From the NCBI GenBank assembly GCA_045647065.1, contig JAZRLY010000029.1:2548-66547 (forward strand): a stretch of DNA of 64,000 bases, given 5' to 3'. Shown piece after piece: positions 28,472 through 40,146 of this stretch. The stretch is from Acutalibacteraceae bacterium (GTDB lineage Bacteria > Bacillota > Clostridia > Oscillospirales > Acutalibacteraceae). The notes beneath the pieces are model-generated. The model had not been told where the DNA came from. It saw only the letters and a program-made list of their open reading frames with translations, and searched no databases. Position 1 is the first letter of the stretch. Every line of letters begins with the position of its first letter. A program made the translations under genes and the position numbers.

Positions 28472-29743
28472 TCAGTTAACAAAATCAAACTCAAGGTCAT
28501 AAATTGAAACGGTGTCGCCCTCGTTGATTCCTCTTTCGCGGAGCGCATCGATTATGCCGCTTGAAATGAGAATTCTCTGGAAATACTGGAGCGATTCGTA
28601 ATCGTCAAGGTCTGTTCTCTGAAGAATTTTGAGAAGCCACTGTGCCTCGACAAAATAAATATCATCCTCAACGCGGATGCTGAAGCCTTTGTCATTCTGT
28701 TTTTCGAACATTTCGAGAGGAATGTTTTCAGCTTCATATTTCTTGATGGGCGGAAGCGTCTGAAGCTTGTTCCATACAGTGTGGATGAGTTCTTGCGTAC
28801 CTTCGAGAATGGGTGCACACATAGTGTGATATTCATAGCCCTTTTCTGCAAAGTATTTTTCAAGTCTTTCAAGTTGCTCGTCGGTTGCAAGATCGATTTT
28901 GTTTGCGGCAACAATCTGGGGACGCTTTGCAAGTTCGGGGTCGAATTTTGCAAGTTCTTTATTGATGATTTCAAAATCTTCAATCGGATCTCTGCCTTCG
29001 CTTCCTGCTGCATCAACAATATGAACGAGCAGTCTGCAACGGTCAACATGACGAAGGAATTCGTGGCCGAGACCTACGCCGTCGCCTGCGCCCTCAATAA
29101 GACCGGGAATATCCGCCATAACAAATGAACTGCCCTCGCCGAGAGAAACAACTCCGAGAACGGGGGTGAGTGTTGTGAAATGGTAATTTGCAATGATGGG
29201 TTTAGCCTGGCTGACAACCGAAACAAGCGTTGATTTGCCTACATTCGGGAAACCGAGCAGACCGACGTCAGCAAGAAGTTTGAGTTCAAGGCTGACTTCC
29301 CATTCTTCGCCGGGGGTTCCGCTTTTTGCGAATCTCGGCACCTGTCTTGTGGGGGTTGCGAAATGGGGGTTGCCCCATCCGCCTCTGCCGCCCTTTGCGG
29401 CAATGAAAGGCTCGTCACTTGACATATCAGCCATAACGGCGCCGCTTTCTACCTCGCGGATTATTGTTCCTCTGGGAACTTTGATCACAAGGTCCTCGCC
29501 GCCTCTGCCGTTTTTGCGTCCGCCCGAACCGTTTTCACCGTTAGATGCGGTGTATTTTCTTTTGTATCGGAAGTCGGCAAGTGTAGCAAGATTGTCGTCA
29601 ACCTGAAACACGATGTTACCGCCTTTGCCGCCGTCACCGCCGTCGGGGCCGCCTGCGTTAACGTATTTTTCTCTGCGGAAGCTGACGGCGCCATTGCCGC
29701 CGTTGCCCGCTTTTATTTTTATTTTCGCAATATCAACAAACAT
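28472..29743 (-). CDS. obgE: GTPase Obg/CgtA
   Basis: MFVDIAKI, Gly-rich Obg fold, GFPNVGKST, DIPG, NKID. Confidence 0.97.
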   Translation of the reverse strand: MFVDIAKIKIKAGNGGNGAVSFRREKYVNAGGPDGGDGGKGGNIVFQVDDNLATLADFRYKRKYTASNGENGSGGRKNGRGGEDLVIKVPRGTIIREVESGAVMADMSSDEPFIAAKGGRGGWGNPHFATPTRQVPRFAKSGTPGEEWEVSLELKLLADVGLLGFPNVGKSTLVSVVSQAKPIIANYHFTTLTPVLGVVSLGEGSSFVMADIPGLIEGAGDGVGLGHEFLRHVDRCRLLVHIVDAAGSEGRDPIEDFEIINKELAKFDPELAKRPQIVAANKIDLATDEQLERLEKYFAEKGYEYHTMCAPILEGTQELIHTVWNKLQTLPPIKKYEAENIPLEMFEKQNDKGFSIRVEDDIYFVEAQWLLKILQRTDLDDYESLQYFQRILISSGIIDALRERGINEGDTVSIYDLEFDFVN

Positions 29744-29953
29744 TTTTGATTTCCTTTTCCTTTGCTGAATTTAAGACATATGTTTACATTATGCATTATA
29801 CCCCATAATTTCTCGATTTACAATAGCTTTTTGGGTGACTTTCAAAAAAGTTTATTGTTTACAAAATTTTTACTATTATTTTTTATAAATATGTGTTATA
29901 ATACTTTGTAATTGTAAAATGGATGAGTATGCTTTGAGAAGGAGGGCGAAAGA

Positions 29954-31273
29954 ATGGCGGTTTTAATAAGCGGAGTGCAGAAAGGCAGCATTGCCGAGAA
30001 GAAAAAATTCAGCAGCGGCGACAGACTCATAAGCATCAACGGCAACGAGATAAATGATGTCCTTGATTATCGTTTCTATATCAATGAAAGCAAGCTTGTT
30101 CTTTTGCTTGAAACGGCAGACGGAAAATCAAAGTTTGCAATGATAAAAAAAGACGAATTTGATGATATAGGTCTGGAGTTCGAAACATATCTTATGGACA
30201 AGCAGAGAAGCTGCAAAAACAAATGCATTTTCTGCTTTATCGACCAGCTTCCGAAAGGTCTTCGCAAAAGTCTTTACTTCAAGGATGACGATTCAAGGCT
30301 TTCGTTCCTTTTCGGAAACTATATAACGCTGACCAATCTTACCGACGGCGAGGTTGACAGAATAATCGGAATGCATATCAGCCCCGTTAATGTATCTGTT
30401 CAGACGATGAATCCCGAGCTTAGGGTGAAGATGATGGCGAATCCCAAAGCGGGCGAATCGCTGAAATATCTTTACAGATTTGCTGAAGCGGGAATTGCAA
30501 TCAATACCCAGCTTGTTCTCTGCCCCGGAATCAACGACGGTGAAGAATTGGAATTCAGTCTTAATGAGCTTTCAAAACTTTATCCTGCAGTGCAGAGCAT
30601 TGCTGCTGTGCCCGTCGGACTTTCCGACCATCGTGATGGCTTATATCCGCTTGAGCCGTATAACGAAAAAACAGCAGGTGAAACAATAGATATAATCGAC
30701 CGTTTCAATGATAAGTTCAAAGCGGAGCACGGCGAGATAATAGCTTATGCGGCGGATGAATTTTATCTCAAAGCAAAAAGAGAAATGCCCGGTGAGGAAT
30801 ATTATAACGGATTTCCTCAGCTTGAAAACGGCGTGGGAATGTGGGCACTTCTTAAGTCGGAATTCGAGGATGCTCTTGCAGACTGTGAAACAAATGAGCT
30901 TGACCGTTGCGTAACCGCGGTTACAGGCAAGGCGGCATATCCGCTGATTTCGGCTCTTGCAAAGAAAGCGGAAGAAAAAATAAAAGGTCTGAAAGTCAAT
31001 GTCGTTGCAGCGGAAAACAGACTTCTCGGCAATATGATAACCGTTTCAGGTTTGCTGTGCGGAGCGGATATTGCGGCGGCTGTCAGCGGACTTGATCTCG
31101 GCGAGGAACTTATAATTCCGCCCAACTGTCTGAGAAATGAGGGCGATATGTTCCTTGACGATATGACGGTTGAAGCACTTTCGGATAAATTAGGAATAAA
31201 AATCACACAAAACGGACCCGGCGGAGAGGATTTGCTCAACGCCTTTACAGGAGGGATTAAATATGACAGGTAA
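29954..31273 (+). CDS. DUF512 family PDZ + radical SAM-like Fe-S protein
   Basis: N-terminal PDZ-like segment, CKNKCIFCFIDQLP, QLENGVG, ITVSGLLCG. Confidence 0.85.
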   Translation: MAVLISGVQKGSIAEKKKFSSGDRLISINGNEINDVLDYRFYINESKLVLLLETADGKSKFAMIKKDEFDDIGLEFETYLMDKQRSCKNKCIFCFIDQLPKGLRKSLYFKDDDSRLSFLFGNYITLTNLTDGEVDRIIGMHISPVNVSVQTMNPELRVKMMANPKAGESLKYLYRFAEAGIAINTQLVLCPGINDGEELEFSLNELSKLYPAVQSIAAVPVGLSDHRDGLYPLEPYNEKTAGETIDIIDRFNDKFKAEHGEIIAYAADEFYLKAKREMPGEEYYNGFPQLENGVGMWALLKSEFEDALADCETNELDRCVTAVTGKAAYPLISALAKKAEEKIKGLKVNVVAAENRLLGNMITVSGLLCGADIAAAVSGLDLGEELIIPPNCLRNEGDMFLDDMTVEALSDKLGIKITQNGPGGEDLLNAFTGGIKYDR

Positions 31274-32591
31274 TGTTGTTGCGATTGTCGGCAGACCCAA
31301 TGTCGGCAAATCGACACTTTTCAACAAGCTTGTGGGTGAAAGACTTTCGATAGTCGATGATACCCCGGGCGTTACAAGAGACCGAATTTACGGCGACTGC
31401 GAGTGGCTCGGCAGGCATTTTATGCTTATCGACACGGGCGGTATAGAGCCGCATTCGGATGATGTCATTCTCAAGCAGATGAGAAGACAGGCTCAGCTTG
31501 CAATCGACAGCGCAGATGTAATAATTCTCGTTACTGATATCCGTACGGGAGTTGTTGCAACGGACAGTGATGTTGCGGCAATGCTTCAGAAGAGCGGTAA
31601 ACCCGTTATCCTCTGTGTCAACAAGTGTGACACACCGGGTGAACTTCCGCCGGATTATTATGAATTCTACAATCTCGGTCTTGGTGACCCGATGCCCGTT
31701 TCTTCCGTTCACGGTATGGGTACGGGTGACCTTCTTGACGAAGTGCTCAAGTATCTTCCCGAAGAAGGTACGGAAGAGGATGAAGAGGATGCAATCAAGG
31801 TTGCCGTTATCGGCAAACCCAATGCGGGAAAATCGTCGCTTGTCAATGCCGTACTCGGTGAGGACAGAATGATTGTTTCCGACATCGCGGGCACAACCAG
31901 AGATGCAACGGACTCAATTGTTGAAAACGAACACGGAAAGTTCGTGTTTATCGATACTGCGGGACTTCGCAGAAAGAGCCGCGTATATGACCAAATAGAA
32001 AAATATTCCGTTATCCGTGCGAGAATGGCGGTTGAAAGAGCGCATGTTTGCGTTATTATGATTGACGCAACCGAAGGCTTTACAGAGCAGGATTCAAAGG
32101 TTGCGGGCATTGCTCACGAAATGGGCAAGGCGTGCATTATCGCCGTCAACAAGTGGGATGCCGTTGAGAAAGACGGTAAGACCATGGACAGCATGAGAAA
32201 ACAGCTTATGAAGGATTTCTCCTTTATGAGTTATGCTCCGATAATTTTTATCTCCGCAAAGGAGAAAATCAGACTTGACCGTCTTTTTGAGCTTATCAAG
32301 TTTGTTGATACACAGAATGCAATGCGTATTTCAACAGGTAAGCTCAACGATGTTCTTGCGGATGCAACGGCAAGAGTCCAGCCGCCAACAGACAAGGGCA
32401 AGCGCCTCAAGATTTATTATATGACTCAGGCTTCCACAAGACCGCCGACATTCGTTTGCTTTGTCAATAACGCCGAACTTTTCCATTACAGCTATCAGCG
32501 TTATCTTGACAATCAGATAAGAGAGGTTTTCGGACTTGAAGGTACGCCCACAAGAATGGTAGTTCGTGAAAGAGAGTCAAACAAAAAATGA
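31263..32591 (+). CDS. der: Ribosome biogenesis GTPase Der
   Basis: Two G domains (GRPNVGKS, GKPNAGKS) plus KH-like C-terminus. Confidence 0.97.
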   Translation: MTGNVVAIVGRPNVGKSTLFNKLVGERLSIVDDTPGVTRDRIYGDCEWLGRHFMLIDTGGIEPHSDDVILKQMRRQAQLAIDSADVIILVTDIRTGVVATDSDVAAMLQKSGKPVILCVNKCDTPGELPPDYYEFYNLGLGDPMPVSSVHGMGTGDLLDEVLKYLPEEGTEEDEEDAIKVAVIGKPNAGKSSLVNAVLGEDRMIVSDIAGTTRDATDSIVENEHGKFVFIDTAGLRRKSRVYDQIEKYSVIRARMAVERAHVCVIMIDATEGFTEQDSKVAGIAHEMGKACIIAVNKWDAVEKDGKTMDSMRKQLMKDFSFMSYAPIIFISAKEKIRLDRLFELIKFVDTQNAMRISTGKLNDVLADATARVQPPTDKGKRLKIYYMTQASTRPPTFVCFVNNAELFHYSYQRYLDNQIREVFGLEGTPTRMVVRERESNKK

Positions 32592-33088
32592 TAGTTCTGG
32601 GAATCGACCCGGGATATGCGATAGTCGGTTACGGAGTGGTTGAATATCATAACAATCATTTCAAAATGCTGGATTTCGGCGCGATAACCACCGAGGCGCA
32701 TACTCCGTTTAACGAAAGACTCGAAAGAATTTACAACTGTATGTGTATGCTGATTGACAGATACCACCCCGAAGCGCTGGCGATTGAAAAGTTGTTTTTT
32801 AACACAAACCAGAAAACGGCGATTGATGTTGCTCAGGCGAGAGGTGTGCTTGTGCTTGCGGCTCAGCAGGCAAAGATGCCGATTTTTGAATACACACCGC
32901 TTCAGGTGAAGCAGAGCGTTGTCGGCTACGGCAGAGCGGAGAAAAAACAGGTTCAGGAAATGACGAGAGTTATGCTGAATCTTGAAAAAATCCCCAAACC
33001 CGACGATGCTGCCGATGCTCTTGCAATGGCAATCTGCCACTGTCACAGTGCAGGCTCGCTGATTGGCTCACTTCGTTCAAGATTATAA
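32588..33088 (+). CDS. ruvC: Holliday junction resolvase
   Basis: LGIDPG, AIEKLFF, PDDAADALA. Confidence 0.95.
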   Translation: MIVLGIDPGYAIVGYGVVEYHNNHFKMLDFGAITTEAHTPFNERLERIYNCMCMLIDRYHPEALAIEKLFFNTNQKTAIDVAQARGVLVLAAQQAKMPIFEYTPLQVKQSVVGYGRAEKKQVQEMTRVMLNLEKIPKPDDAADALAMAICHCHSAGSLIGSLRSRL

Positions 33089-33109
33089 TCCCCGAAAAGG
33101 AATGTTTTT

Positions 33110-33718
33110 ATGTTTTACAGCTTGACAGGAAAAATTGTTTTTGCCGATGAAAACAGCGTTGCCCTTGAATGCGGCGGCGTTGCTTTCAGGCTTTATACAA
33201 CCTTGAATACACTCAGAAAGTGCGCCGATATCGGGCAGACACAGACTCTTTATACTCACCTCAATGTGCGTGAGGATGCACTCGATCTTTTCGGCTTTGC
33301 CGATAAGAATGAGCTTGACTGCTTCAAGATGCTTACGGGTGTTTCGGGAGTCGGTCCCAAGGCGGGTCTTGCGATTCTTTCGCAGCTTACCCCCGATATG
33401 CTCGCTGTCAGTGTTGCGGGCGGGGATGTGAAATCGATTACCGCCGCACAGGGTGTAGGTCCGAAGATTGCGCAGAGAATCGTGCTTGAGCTTAAAGGTA
33501 AGCTTGATGGCTTTGCGACAAGCTCCGAAACTCTCGGCAACATCGCTGCCGCACAGAAGGCAACGGTAAGTTATGCAGGCGAGGATGCAGTCAATGCTCT
33601 TGTTATGCTTGGTTACAGCAAATCCGAGGCAAGCATCGCGGTTGGCAGGCTTGACGGCAATCTTTCAACCGAAGATATGATTAAGCAGGCTCTCAAGGTG
33701 CTTGCAAAGAACATATAA
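33110..33718 (+). CDS. ruvA: Holliday junction branch migration protein
   Basis: VREDALDLFGF, VSGVGPK and GVGPKIAQRIVLELK HhH motifs. Confidence 0.95.
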   Translation: MFYSLTGKIVFADENSVALECGGVAFRLYTTLNTLRKCADIGQTQTLYTHLNVREDALDLFGFADKNELDCFKMLTGVSGVGPKAGLAILSQLTPDMLAVSVAGGDVKSITAAQGVGPKIAQRIVLELKGKLDGFATSSETLGNIAAAQKATVSYAGEDAVNALVMLGYSKSEASIAVGRLDGNLSTEDMIKQALKVLAKNI

Positions 33719-33730
33719 AGGAGGAGCATT

Positions 33731-34762
33731 ATGGATTTTGATTTTGAAAACAGAATTGTTGCTCCCGAATTTTCTTCATCTGAAGATAATGATATAGAAA
33801 TTTCACTCCGACCCAAAGTGCTCGGTGAATACATCGGTCAGGATAAGGTCAAGGAGAATCTTTCAATATATATTGAAGCGGCACGCCGCAGAAATGAGCC
33901 GCTTGACCACGTTTTGCTCTACGGGCCTCCGGGTCTCGGCAAAACAACTCTTGCGGGTATTATCGCAAATGAAATGGGAGTTAATTTCCGTGTAACAAGC
34001 GGACCGGCCATTGAGAAACCCGGTGACCTTGCCGCGCTTCTGACCAATCTTAACGAAGGCGACGTGCTTTTCATTGACGAAATCCACCGTCTTTCAAGAG
34101 CGGTTGAAGAAGTGCTTTATCCTGCAATGGAAGATAATGTGCTTGATATCATCATTGGCAAAGGTCCTTCCGCGCGCTCGATAAGACTTGACTTGCATAA
34201 GTTTACTCTTGTTGGTGCAACAACAAGAGCGGGTCAGCTCAGTGCACCTCTGCGCGACCGCTTCGGAGTTATTCTTCGTCTTGAACTTTACACTCCAGAG
34301 CAGCTTTCGCAGATTGTTGATCGAAGCGCGGGTATTCTTGATATCGATATCGACCCGATGGGCGCGCTTGAAATCGCATCGCGTTCAAGAGGTACTCCCA
34401 GAATCGCAAACCGACTTCTCAAGAGAGCGCGAGATTTCGCTCAGGTTATGTGTGACGGCGAAATAACAAAAGAAGCTTCGTCGCTTGCGCTCGACAGAAT
34501 GGAAATCGATGCTCTCGGCCTTGATTCGATTGACAGACTGATACTTAAGACAATGATAAAGAATTATAACGGCGGTCCCGTCGGACTCGAAACGATAGCG
34601 GCGGCTATCGGCGAAGAAGCCGTTACCATAGAAGATGTATATGAACCGTATCTGATGCAGGTGGGCTTTCTGAGCCGTACACCGAGAGGCAGAATGGTTA
34701 CTCCCGCAGGCTATGCGCATCTCGGAATGACGATGCCCGGCCAGCAGAGAATGGATGTGTGA
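33731..34762 (+). CDS. ruvB: Holliday junction branch migration helicase
   Basis: [35 protein letters not shown]. Confidence 0.97.
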   Translation: MDFDFENRIVAPEFSSSEDNDIEISLRPKVLGEYIGQDKVKENLSIYIEAARRRNEPLDHVLLYGPPGLGKTTLAGIIANEMGVNFRVTSGPAIEKPGDLAALLTNLNEGDVLFIDEIHRLSRAVEEVLYPAMEDNVLDIIIGKGPSARSIRLDLHKFTLVGATTRAGQLSAPLRDRFGVILRLELYTPEQLSQIVDRSAGILDIDIDPMGALEIASRSRGTPRIANRLLKRARDFAQVMCDGEITKEASSLALDRMEIDALGLDSIDRLILKTMIKNYNGGPVGLETIAAAIGEEAVTIEDVYEPYLMQVGFLSRTPRGRMVTPAGYAHLGMTMPGQQRMDV

Positions 34763-34763
34763 T

Positions 34764-35642
34764 ATGAGAAAAGCAGATAACTGGATTGATTATGAGCTTA
34801 TCGACTGCTCTGACGGCGAAAGACTTGAGCGCTGGGGCGATATTATCCTTGTACGTCCCGACCCTCAGGTAATCTGGAAAACGCCCAAGGAAAATCCGCT
34901 CTGGTATAATCCCCATGCGATTTATAACCGCTCCAACACAGGAGGCGGCAGCTGGAGAGTATGCAAGAAGATGCCCGACGTTTGGCAGATAGGTCTTGAC
35001 AATCTTAAATTCAACATAAAAACAATGGGCTTCAAGCATACGGGCCTTTTTCCCGAGCAGGCTGTTAACTGGAAGATGACTGCGGATATAATAAAGAATG
35101 CGGGCAGACCCGTCAAGGTGCTCAATCTCTTTGCCTACACGGGCGGTGCAACCGTTGCGGCGCTCAATGCGGGCGCAAGCGTTACTCACGTTGACGCTTC
35201 AAAGGGTATGACTCTCTGGGCAAAGGAGAATGCGGCGGCAAGCAAGCTTTCTGATGCTCCCGTCAGATGGCTTGTTGATGACTGCATCAAGTTTGTTCAG
35301 CGCGAAATCCGCAGAGGCAATAAATACGATATCATCATTATGGACCCTCCGTCATACGGCAGAGGTCCCGGCGGCGAGGTATGGAAGCTTGAAAACGAAG
35401 TCTATGATTTTGTTGAGCTTTGTTCACAGCTTCTTTATGAAGATTCGCTGATGGTGCTGATTAATTCTTATACAACAGGTCTTTCACCCAGTGTTATGGA
35501 ATATATTCTCGGTGAAACCGTTCAGAAGCAGTTTGGCGGTTCAACCGAAAGCGACGAAATCGGAATTCCCGTTTCGTCAAAGCCGGGCAGAGTTCTTCCC
35601 TGCGGCGCAAGCGCAATATGGCTCGGCAAAAGCGTAAAATAA
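34764..35642 (+). CDS. Class I SAM-dependent methyltransferase (RlmI/YwbD-like)
   Basis: KHTGLFPEQ, VLNLFAYTG, IMDPPSYG. Confidence 0.8.
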   Translation: MRKADNWIDYELIDCSDGERLERWGDIILVRPDPQVIWKTPKENPLWYNPHAIYNRSNTGGGSWRVCKKMPDVWQIGLDNLKFNIKTMGFKHTGLFPEQAVNWKMTADIIKNAGRPVKVLNLFAYTGGATVAALNAGASVTHVDASKGMTLWAKENAAASKLSDAPVRWLVDDCIKFVQREIRRGNKYDIIIMDPPSYGRGPGGEVWKLENEVYDFVELCSQLLYEDSLMVLINSYTTGLSPSVMEYILGETVQKQFGGSTESDEIGIPVSSKPGRVLPCGASAIWLGKSVK

Positions 35643-35672
35643 TGCGTGACTATTTGTTTTAGGACTTTTATT

Positions 35673-36524
35673 ATGAACGAAAAAATAATCGAATTCAAAA
35701 ACGTTACATTTATATATGATGCGGATGACGAAACGGCAGAGGTGAAGGCGTTTCCCGCACTCTCAGATGTCAGCCTTGCAATCAACAAGGGTGAATTTGT
35801 AGCCGTTCTCGGTCACAACGGCTCTGGCAAGAGCACTTTTGCAAAGCTTTGCAATGCAATCTATGAGCCGACGAAAGGTGAGGTTTCGGTCAAGGGAATC
35901 GTTGCCGATACCGAAGAAAAAGCGGATGAAATACGCAGAATCGTCGGTATGGTGTTCCAGAATCCCGATAACCAGATTGTTGCAACCATCGTTGAGGATG
36001 ATGTTGCGTTCGGTCCCGAAAATCTCGGAATCGAGCCTTCCGAAATCCGCAGAAGAGTTGACGATGCACTCAAGTCGGTTAATATGTATGAATTCCGTCA
36101 CAGAGAGCCGCATAAACTTTCAGGCGGTCAGAAGCAGAGAGTTGCAATTGCGGGCGTTATTGCAATGCAGACGGAATGCATTGTGCTTGATGAGCCGACG
36201 GCGATGCTCGACCCCAAGGGAAGAGAAGAGGTTATGCAGACCGTAAAGCGTCTTAACAAAGAAATGGGCATAACCGTTGTGCTTGTTACTCACTTTATGG
36301 ACGAAGCCGTGCAGGCGGACAGAGTTGTTGTTATGGACGGCGGAAAAGTTCTTATGGACGGTAAACCGAAAGAGGTTTTCTCCCGTGTTGATGAGCTTCG
36401 TGCGTGCGGACTCGATGTGCCGCAGTCAACCGAGCTTTGCCGCAATCTCGGCATAAAGGAATGCGTGCTTGATGTTGACGGATGCGTTGACGAAATATGC
36501 CGTCTTATGGGAGGTGCCGTATGA
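35673..36524 (+). CDS. ecfA1: ECF transporter ATPase
   Basis: [32 protein letters not shown]. Confidence 0.93.
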   Translation: MNEKIIEFKNVTFIYDADDETAEVKAFPALSDVSLAINKGEFVAVLGHNGSGKSTFAKLCNAIYEPTKGEVSVKGIVADTEEKADEIRRIVGMVFQNPDNQIVATIVEDDVAFGPENLGIEPSEIRRRVDDALKSVNMYEFRHREPHKLSGGQKQRVAIAGVIAMQTECIVLDEPTAMLDPKGREEVMQTVKRLNKEMGITVVLVTHFMDEAVQADRVVVMDGGKVLMDGKPKEVFSRVDELRACGLDVPQSTELCRNLGIKECVLDVDGCVDEICRLMGGAV

Positions 36525-37387
36525 GTTTTGCAATTGAAACAATCGGACTTACCCACTACTATTCAAAAGGAACAATTCAGCAGGTTGCGGCGATAAACGA
36601 CGTCAACCTTCAGATTGAGAAAGGCGAGCTTATCGGAATTATCGGTCACACAGGCTCGGGCAAGAGCACGCTTATCTCACATTTCAACGGGCTTTTAAAG
36701 CCCGACAGCGGAAAGATTCTTGTTGACGGTGTTGATATCTGGAAAGATAAAGAAACTCTGAAGCAGTCACGCTTCAAGGTCGGTCTTTGTTTCCAGTATC
36801 CCGAATATCAGCTTTTCGAAGAGACTGTTTATAAAGATATCGCATTCGGACCGAAAAACATGAAGCTTTCTGAAGCGGAAATAAAAGAAAGAGTTCTGCG
36901 TGCGGCGGCTTTTGTTGGCGTAAAACCCGAGCATCTTGACAAATCTCCGTTCGACCTTTCGGGCGGTGAAAAAAGAAGAGTTGCCATTGCGGGTGTTATG
37001 TCGATGGAACCCGAGGTTCTTATCTTCGATGAACCTGCCGCTGGTCTTGACCCCAAGGGCAGAAAAGACCTTGTTGAGCTTATAAAAGAATACAGAAAAC
37101 AGACAGGCAGCACCGTGATTATCGTTTCTCACAGCATGGAAGATATTGCAGGAATGGCTGACAGAATAATCGTTATGAATAATTCATCGGTTGCGATGCA
37201 GGGAAGTGTTGACGAGGTTTATTCAAGAGGGGATGAGCTTCGTGCAATGGGTCTCAATGTTCCCGAAATAACCGAAGTTTTTTCAAAACTCCGTGTAAAA
37301 GGAATTGATGTTCCCGCCAATGTTTATACTGTTGAACATGGCACGGAGATACTCCGTAATCTCATCGAGAGGAGGAGTGTGAAATGA
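36521..37387 (+). CDS. ecfA2: ECF transporter ATPase
   Basis: [31 protein letters not shown]. Confidence 0.93.
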   Translation: MSFAIETIGLTHYYSKGTIQQVAAINDVNLQIEKGELIGIIGHTGSGKSTLISHFNGLLKPDSGKILVDGVDIWKDKETLKQSRFKVGLCFQYPEYQLFEETVYKDIAFGPKNMKLSEAEIKERVLRAAAFVGVKPEHLDKSPFDLSGGEKRRVAIAGVMSMEPEVLIFDEPAAGLDPKGRKDLVELIKEYRKQTGSTVIIVSHSMEDIAGMADRIIVMNNSSVAMQGSVDEVYSRGDELRAMGLNVPEITEVFSKLRVKGIDVPANVYTVEHGTEILRNLIERRSVK

Positions 37388-38199
37388 TAAGAGATATCAC
37401 TATCGGTCAGTATTATCCAGGAAAATCCGTACTCCATAATCTTGACCCGAGAGCAAAGCTGATAACAACCTTCTGGCTGATAGTTGTTATATTCCTTTGC
37501 AAAAGCTTCTTTTCACTCGGACTTATTGCTCTGACCGCGGTTGCAGCAGCTGCACTTTCGAGAGTGCCCGCAAAGATGATACTCAAAAGTCTTAAACCCA
37601 TAGTTATCATCCTTGTTTTCACCGCGGTGCTCAATGTGCTTTATACCGAGGGCGGAAAGGTTTATTTCAGCTTCTGGGAAATTGCCGTTACCGAAAAAGG
37701 TGTCAACACGGCGATATTCACGATGATAAGAATAGTGAGCCTTGTAATCATCAGCTCACTTTTAACTTACACAACAACCCCGACGATGCTCACCGACGGC
37801 CTTGAAAGAATTCTTTCGCCGCTGAAGGTGTTCAAAATCAAAGTTCATACTCTTGCAATGATGATGACCCTTGCGCTCCGATTCATTCCCACTCTGATTG
37901 AAGAAATCGACAGAATAATGAATGCGCAGAAGGCGAGGGGAGCAGACCTTGAAACGGGTGGAATCATTCAGCGTGCGAAGGCACTTGTTCCGATTTTTAT
38001 TCCGCTTATGGTTTCATCGTTCAGAAGAGCCTATGAGCTTGCATTTGCAATGACCTGTCGTTGCTACACGGGCGGTGAGGGCAGAACTAGAATGAAGCAG
38101 ATGAAATTAGGTTTGCGAGATGTCGTTGCGTTTATATTCTGCGCTGCAGTTACGGCGGGAGTTATAGTTTTAAATCACTTTTTTGAGGCGGTTATCTGA
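37384..38199 (+). CDS. ecfT: ECF transporter transmembrane component T
   Basis: LDPRAK, ALRFIPTL, AQKARG; position between ecfA2 and truA. Confidence 0.93.
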   Translation: MIRDITIGQYYPGKSVLHNLDPRAKLITTFWLIVVIFLCKSFFSLGLIALTAVAAAALSRVPAKMILKSLKPIVIILVFTAVLNVLYTEGGKVYFSFWEIAVTEKGVNTAIFTMIRIVSLVIISSLLTYTTTPTMLTDGLERILSPLKVFKIKVHTLAMMMTLALRFIPTLIEEIDRIMNAQKARGADLETGGIIQRAKALVPIFIPLMVSSFRRAYELAFAMTCRCYTGGEGRTRMKQMKLGLRDVVAFIFCAAVTAGVIVLNHFFEAVI

Positions 38200-38936
38200 T
38201 GCGTAATTTGCTTTTGACAATTTCATTTGACGGCACGGCGTATCACGGTTGGCAAGTTCAGGAGAATGCCGTTACTGTTCAGCAAACCTTGCAGGATGCG
38301 CTTGAACACATCTGCTCAAAGCGTGATAATGTTGTCGGCTGTTCGAGAACGGATTCGGGTGTTCACGCAAACATGTATTGCTGCAACGTAAGAACTGAAA
38401 GCACGATTGAATGCAAAAAGCTTGTCGGTGCGCTCAATGCCGTTTTGCCCCGTGATATTGCGGCCCTTGATTGCAAAGAGGTTGATTATGACTTCCACGC
38501 AAGGTATGACTGCAAATCCAAAGAATACATTTATAAAATATGGAACTCACAGAATAAAAACCCGTTTCTTTATGATTATTCGCTCCATTATAAATATCCG
38601 CTTGACGAAAAGTTTCTTGATCGTCAGGCAAAGGATTTTATCGGAACTCACAAGTTTGATTCGTTCTGTGCAGCAGGCAGCAGCGTTGATGATACCGAAA
38701 GAACAGTTATGAATGCAACCGTTGAGCGAGACGGCGATATGGTTATTTTCAAAGTTGAAGCAAACGGATTCCTTTATAACATGGTAAGAATAATGGTCGG
38801 AACTCTTATTGATATTTCAAGAGGGAAGATTCCGGCAGATTCCATAGATAAAATTATTAAGGCCGAAAATCGCTCTGCCGCAGGATATACAGCTCCTGCG
38901 CACGGCCTTTATCTTAATAAAATACATTATTTATAA
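38199..38936 (+). CDS. truA: tRNA pseudouridine(38-40) synthase
   Basis: FDGTAYHGWQ, SRTDSGVHA, FLYNMVR, APAHGLYL. Confidence 0.95.
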   Translation: MRNLLLTISFDGTAYHGWQVQENAVTVQQTLQDALEHICSKRDNVVGCSRTDSGVHANMYCCNVRTESTIECKKLVGALNAVLPRDIAALDCKEVDYDFHARYDCKSKEYIYKIWNSQNKNPFLYDYSLHYKYPLDEKFLDRQAKDFIGTHKFDSFCAAGSSVDDTERTVMNATVERDGDMVIFKVEANGFLYNMVRIMVGTLIDISRGKIPADSIDKIIKAENRSAAGYTAPAHGLYLNKIHYL

Positions 38937-38951
38937 TGATAGGAGGAAGAT

Positions 38952-40118
38952 ATGGCAGAAAAAAAGATTATCGATTTGAATAAATTTCGCAATAAAAAGC
39001 TTGCAAAGAAAATACTCAATTTGCTGAAAATTCCTTTGGTGATTTTTGCTGTTATTGCGGCTGTCTTTCTCAGCGCAAGGATGCTCGGAAACGTTGCCGT
39101 TTCGAATGCCACGGACACTCTCAGGCTTGTCGGAGAAATGTTTCATAAAGGCGGAGGATATCCTTACTCTGCCGATATTTCAAGGCTGAAAAAAGCGGTG
39201 CCCATAGGCAGCAGCCCTCTCCTGATTTATGATGATTCGAGTGTTGTGCTCGGTTCGTCGGCAAACGAAGTTTTTTCTCTCAAGCTCAACTCAGCGGACT
39301 CAAAGGTTATAACCAAAAACGGGAGAGCCTTGATTTACAGCAATTCATCAAACGATGTAGTCTTGCAGAGCAAAACGGAAGAACTCGGCACTGTAAAAGA
39401 AAACGGTGCTGTTGTTACGGCGGCGCTTGCAAAGAACGGTTATTTTGCAACATCCCACTCAACGGAAACAGACCAGAGCGTTCTTACTGTATATAATAAC
39501 CGATTTGATAAGGTTTTTCAGTGGAACTGCTCGCAGGAAAGAATAGCGGACATTTCACTTTCTGCAAACGGAAAAAAGCTTGCGATTGCGGCAATCGGAG
39601 CGGAGAATGCGGAAATTTACACAAGAATTATTGTTTTTAATGTCAATTCGTCAGAAGCACTTGCGGATGTGAAATATCCGGGAACTTTATTCCTTAAGGT
39701 TGCATTCACATCTTCAAATAAAGTTATTGCTGCGGGTGATAACCGTACGGTTGTTATCACCAACAAGGGTGAGGCTATTGACGAAATTGTTTATCCCGAA
39801 GACAGCATTCTTGCTGTTTGCATTGACGATAACGGCAACACCGTTGTTTTCTACGAGGAATTCGGCGGTGCAAAAACAGGAATGGTAAGATTCTCTTCTT
39901 CGGGAAAGAAGACCTGTTCTGAAACGCTTGACGGAATTCCCGATTGCGTTACGGCATACGGTGGAAAGATTGCAGTTGCAAATTCCAATGAAATAACCAT
40001 TTATTCATCATCCGGCAAGATTACACGCACATTTGAAACTCAAGGCATTCCTTCAGAGATCTTTTGCTGCTCCGGTGAAATCTATACCGTTGAAGGCGGT
40101 ATAGTTTGCAAATATTAA
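38952..40118 (+). CDS. Membrane-anchored beta-propeller-like protein (DUF5711-like)
   Basis: N-terminal TM segment followed by repeated beta-strand blades; family name recalled, not searched. Confidence 0.55.
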   Translation: MAEKKIIDLNKFRNKKLAKKILNLLKIPLVIFAVIAAVFLSARMLGNVAVSNATDTLRLVGEMFHKGGGYPYSADISRLKKAVPIGSSPLLIYDDSSVVLGSSANEVFSLKLNSADSKVITKNGRALIYSNSSNDVVLQSKTEELGTVKENGAVVTAALAKNGYFATSHSTETDQSVLTVYNNRFDKVFQWNCSQERIADISLSANGKKLAIAAIGAENAEIYTRIIVFNVNSSEALADVKYPGTLFLKVAFTSSNKVIAAGDNRTVVITNKGEAIDEIVYPEDSILAVCIDDNGNTVVFYEEFGGAKTGMVRFSSSGKKTCSETLDGIPDCVTAYGGKIAVANSNEITIYSSSGKITRTFETQGIPSEIFCCSGEIYTVEGGIVCKY

Positions 40119-40146
40119 AAACGAAACACACAAAGGAGGCGTGTGA

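Noticed and set aside
29954-31273. DUF512 radical SAM-like gene as part of a novel cluster
   Set aside because: Its position next to der is a common conserved arrangement; there is no link to the other radical SAM genes.
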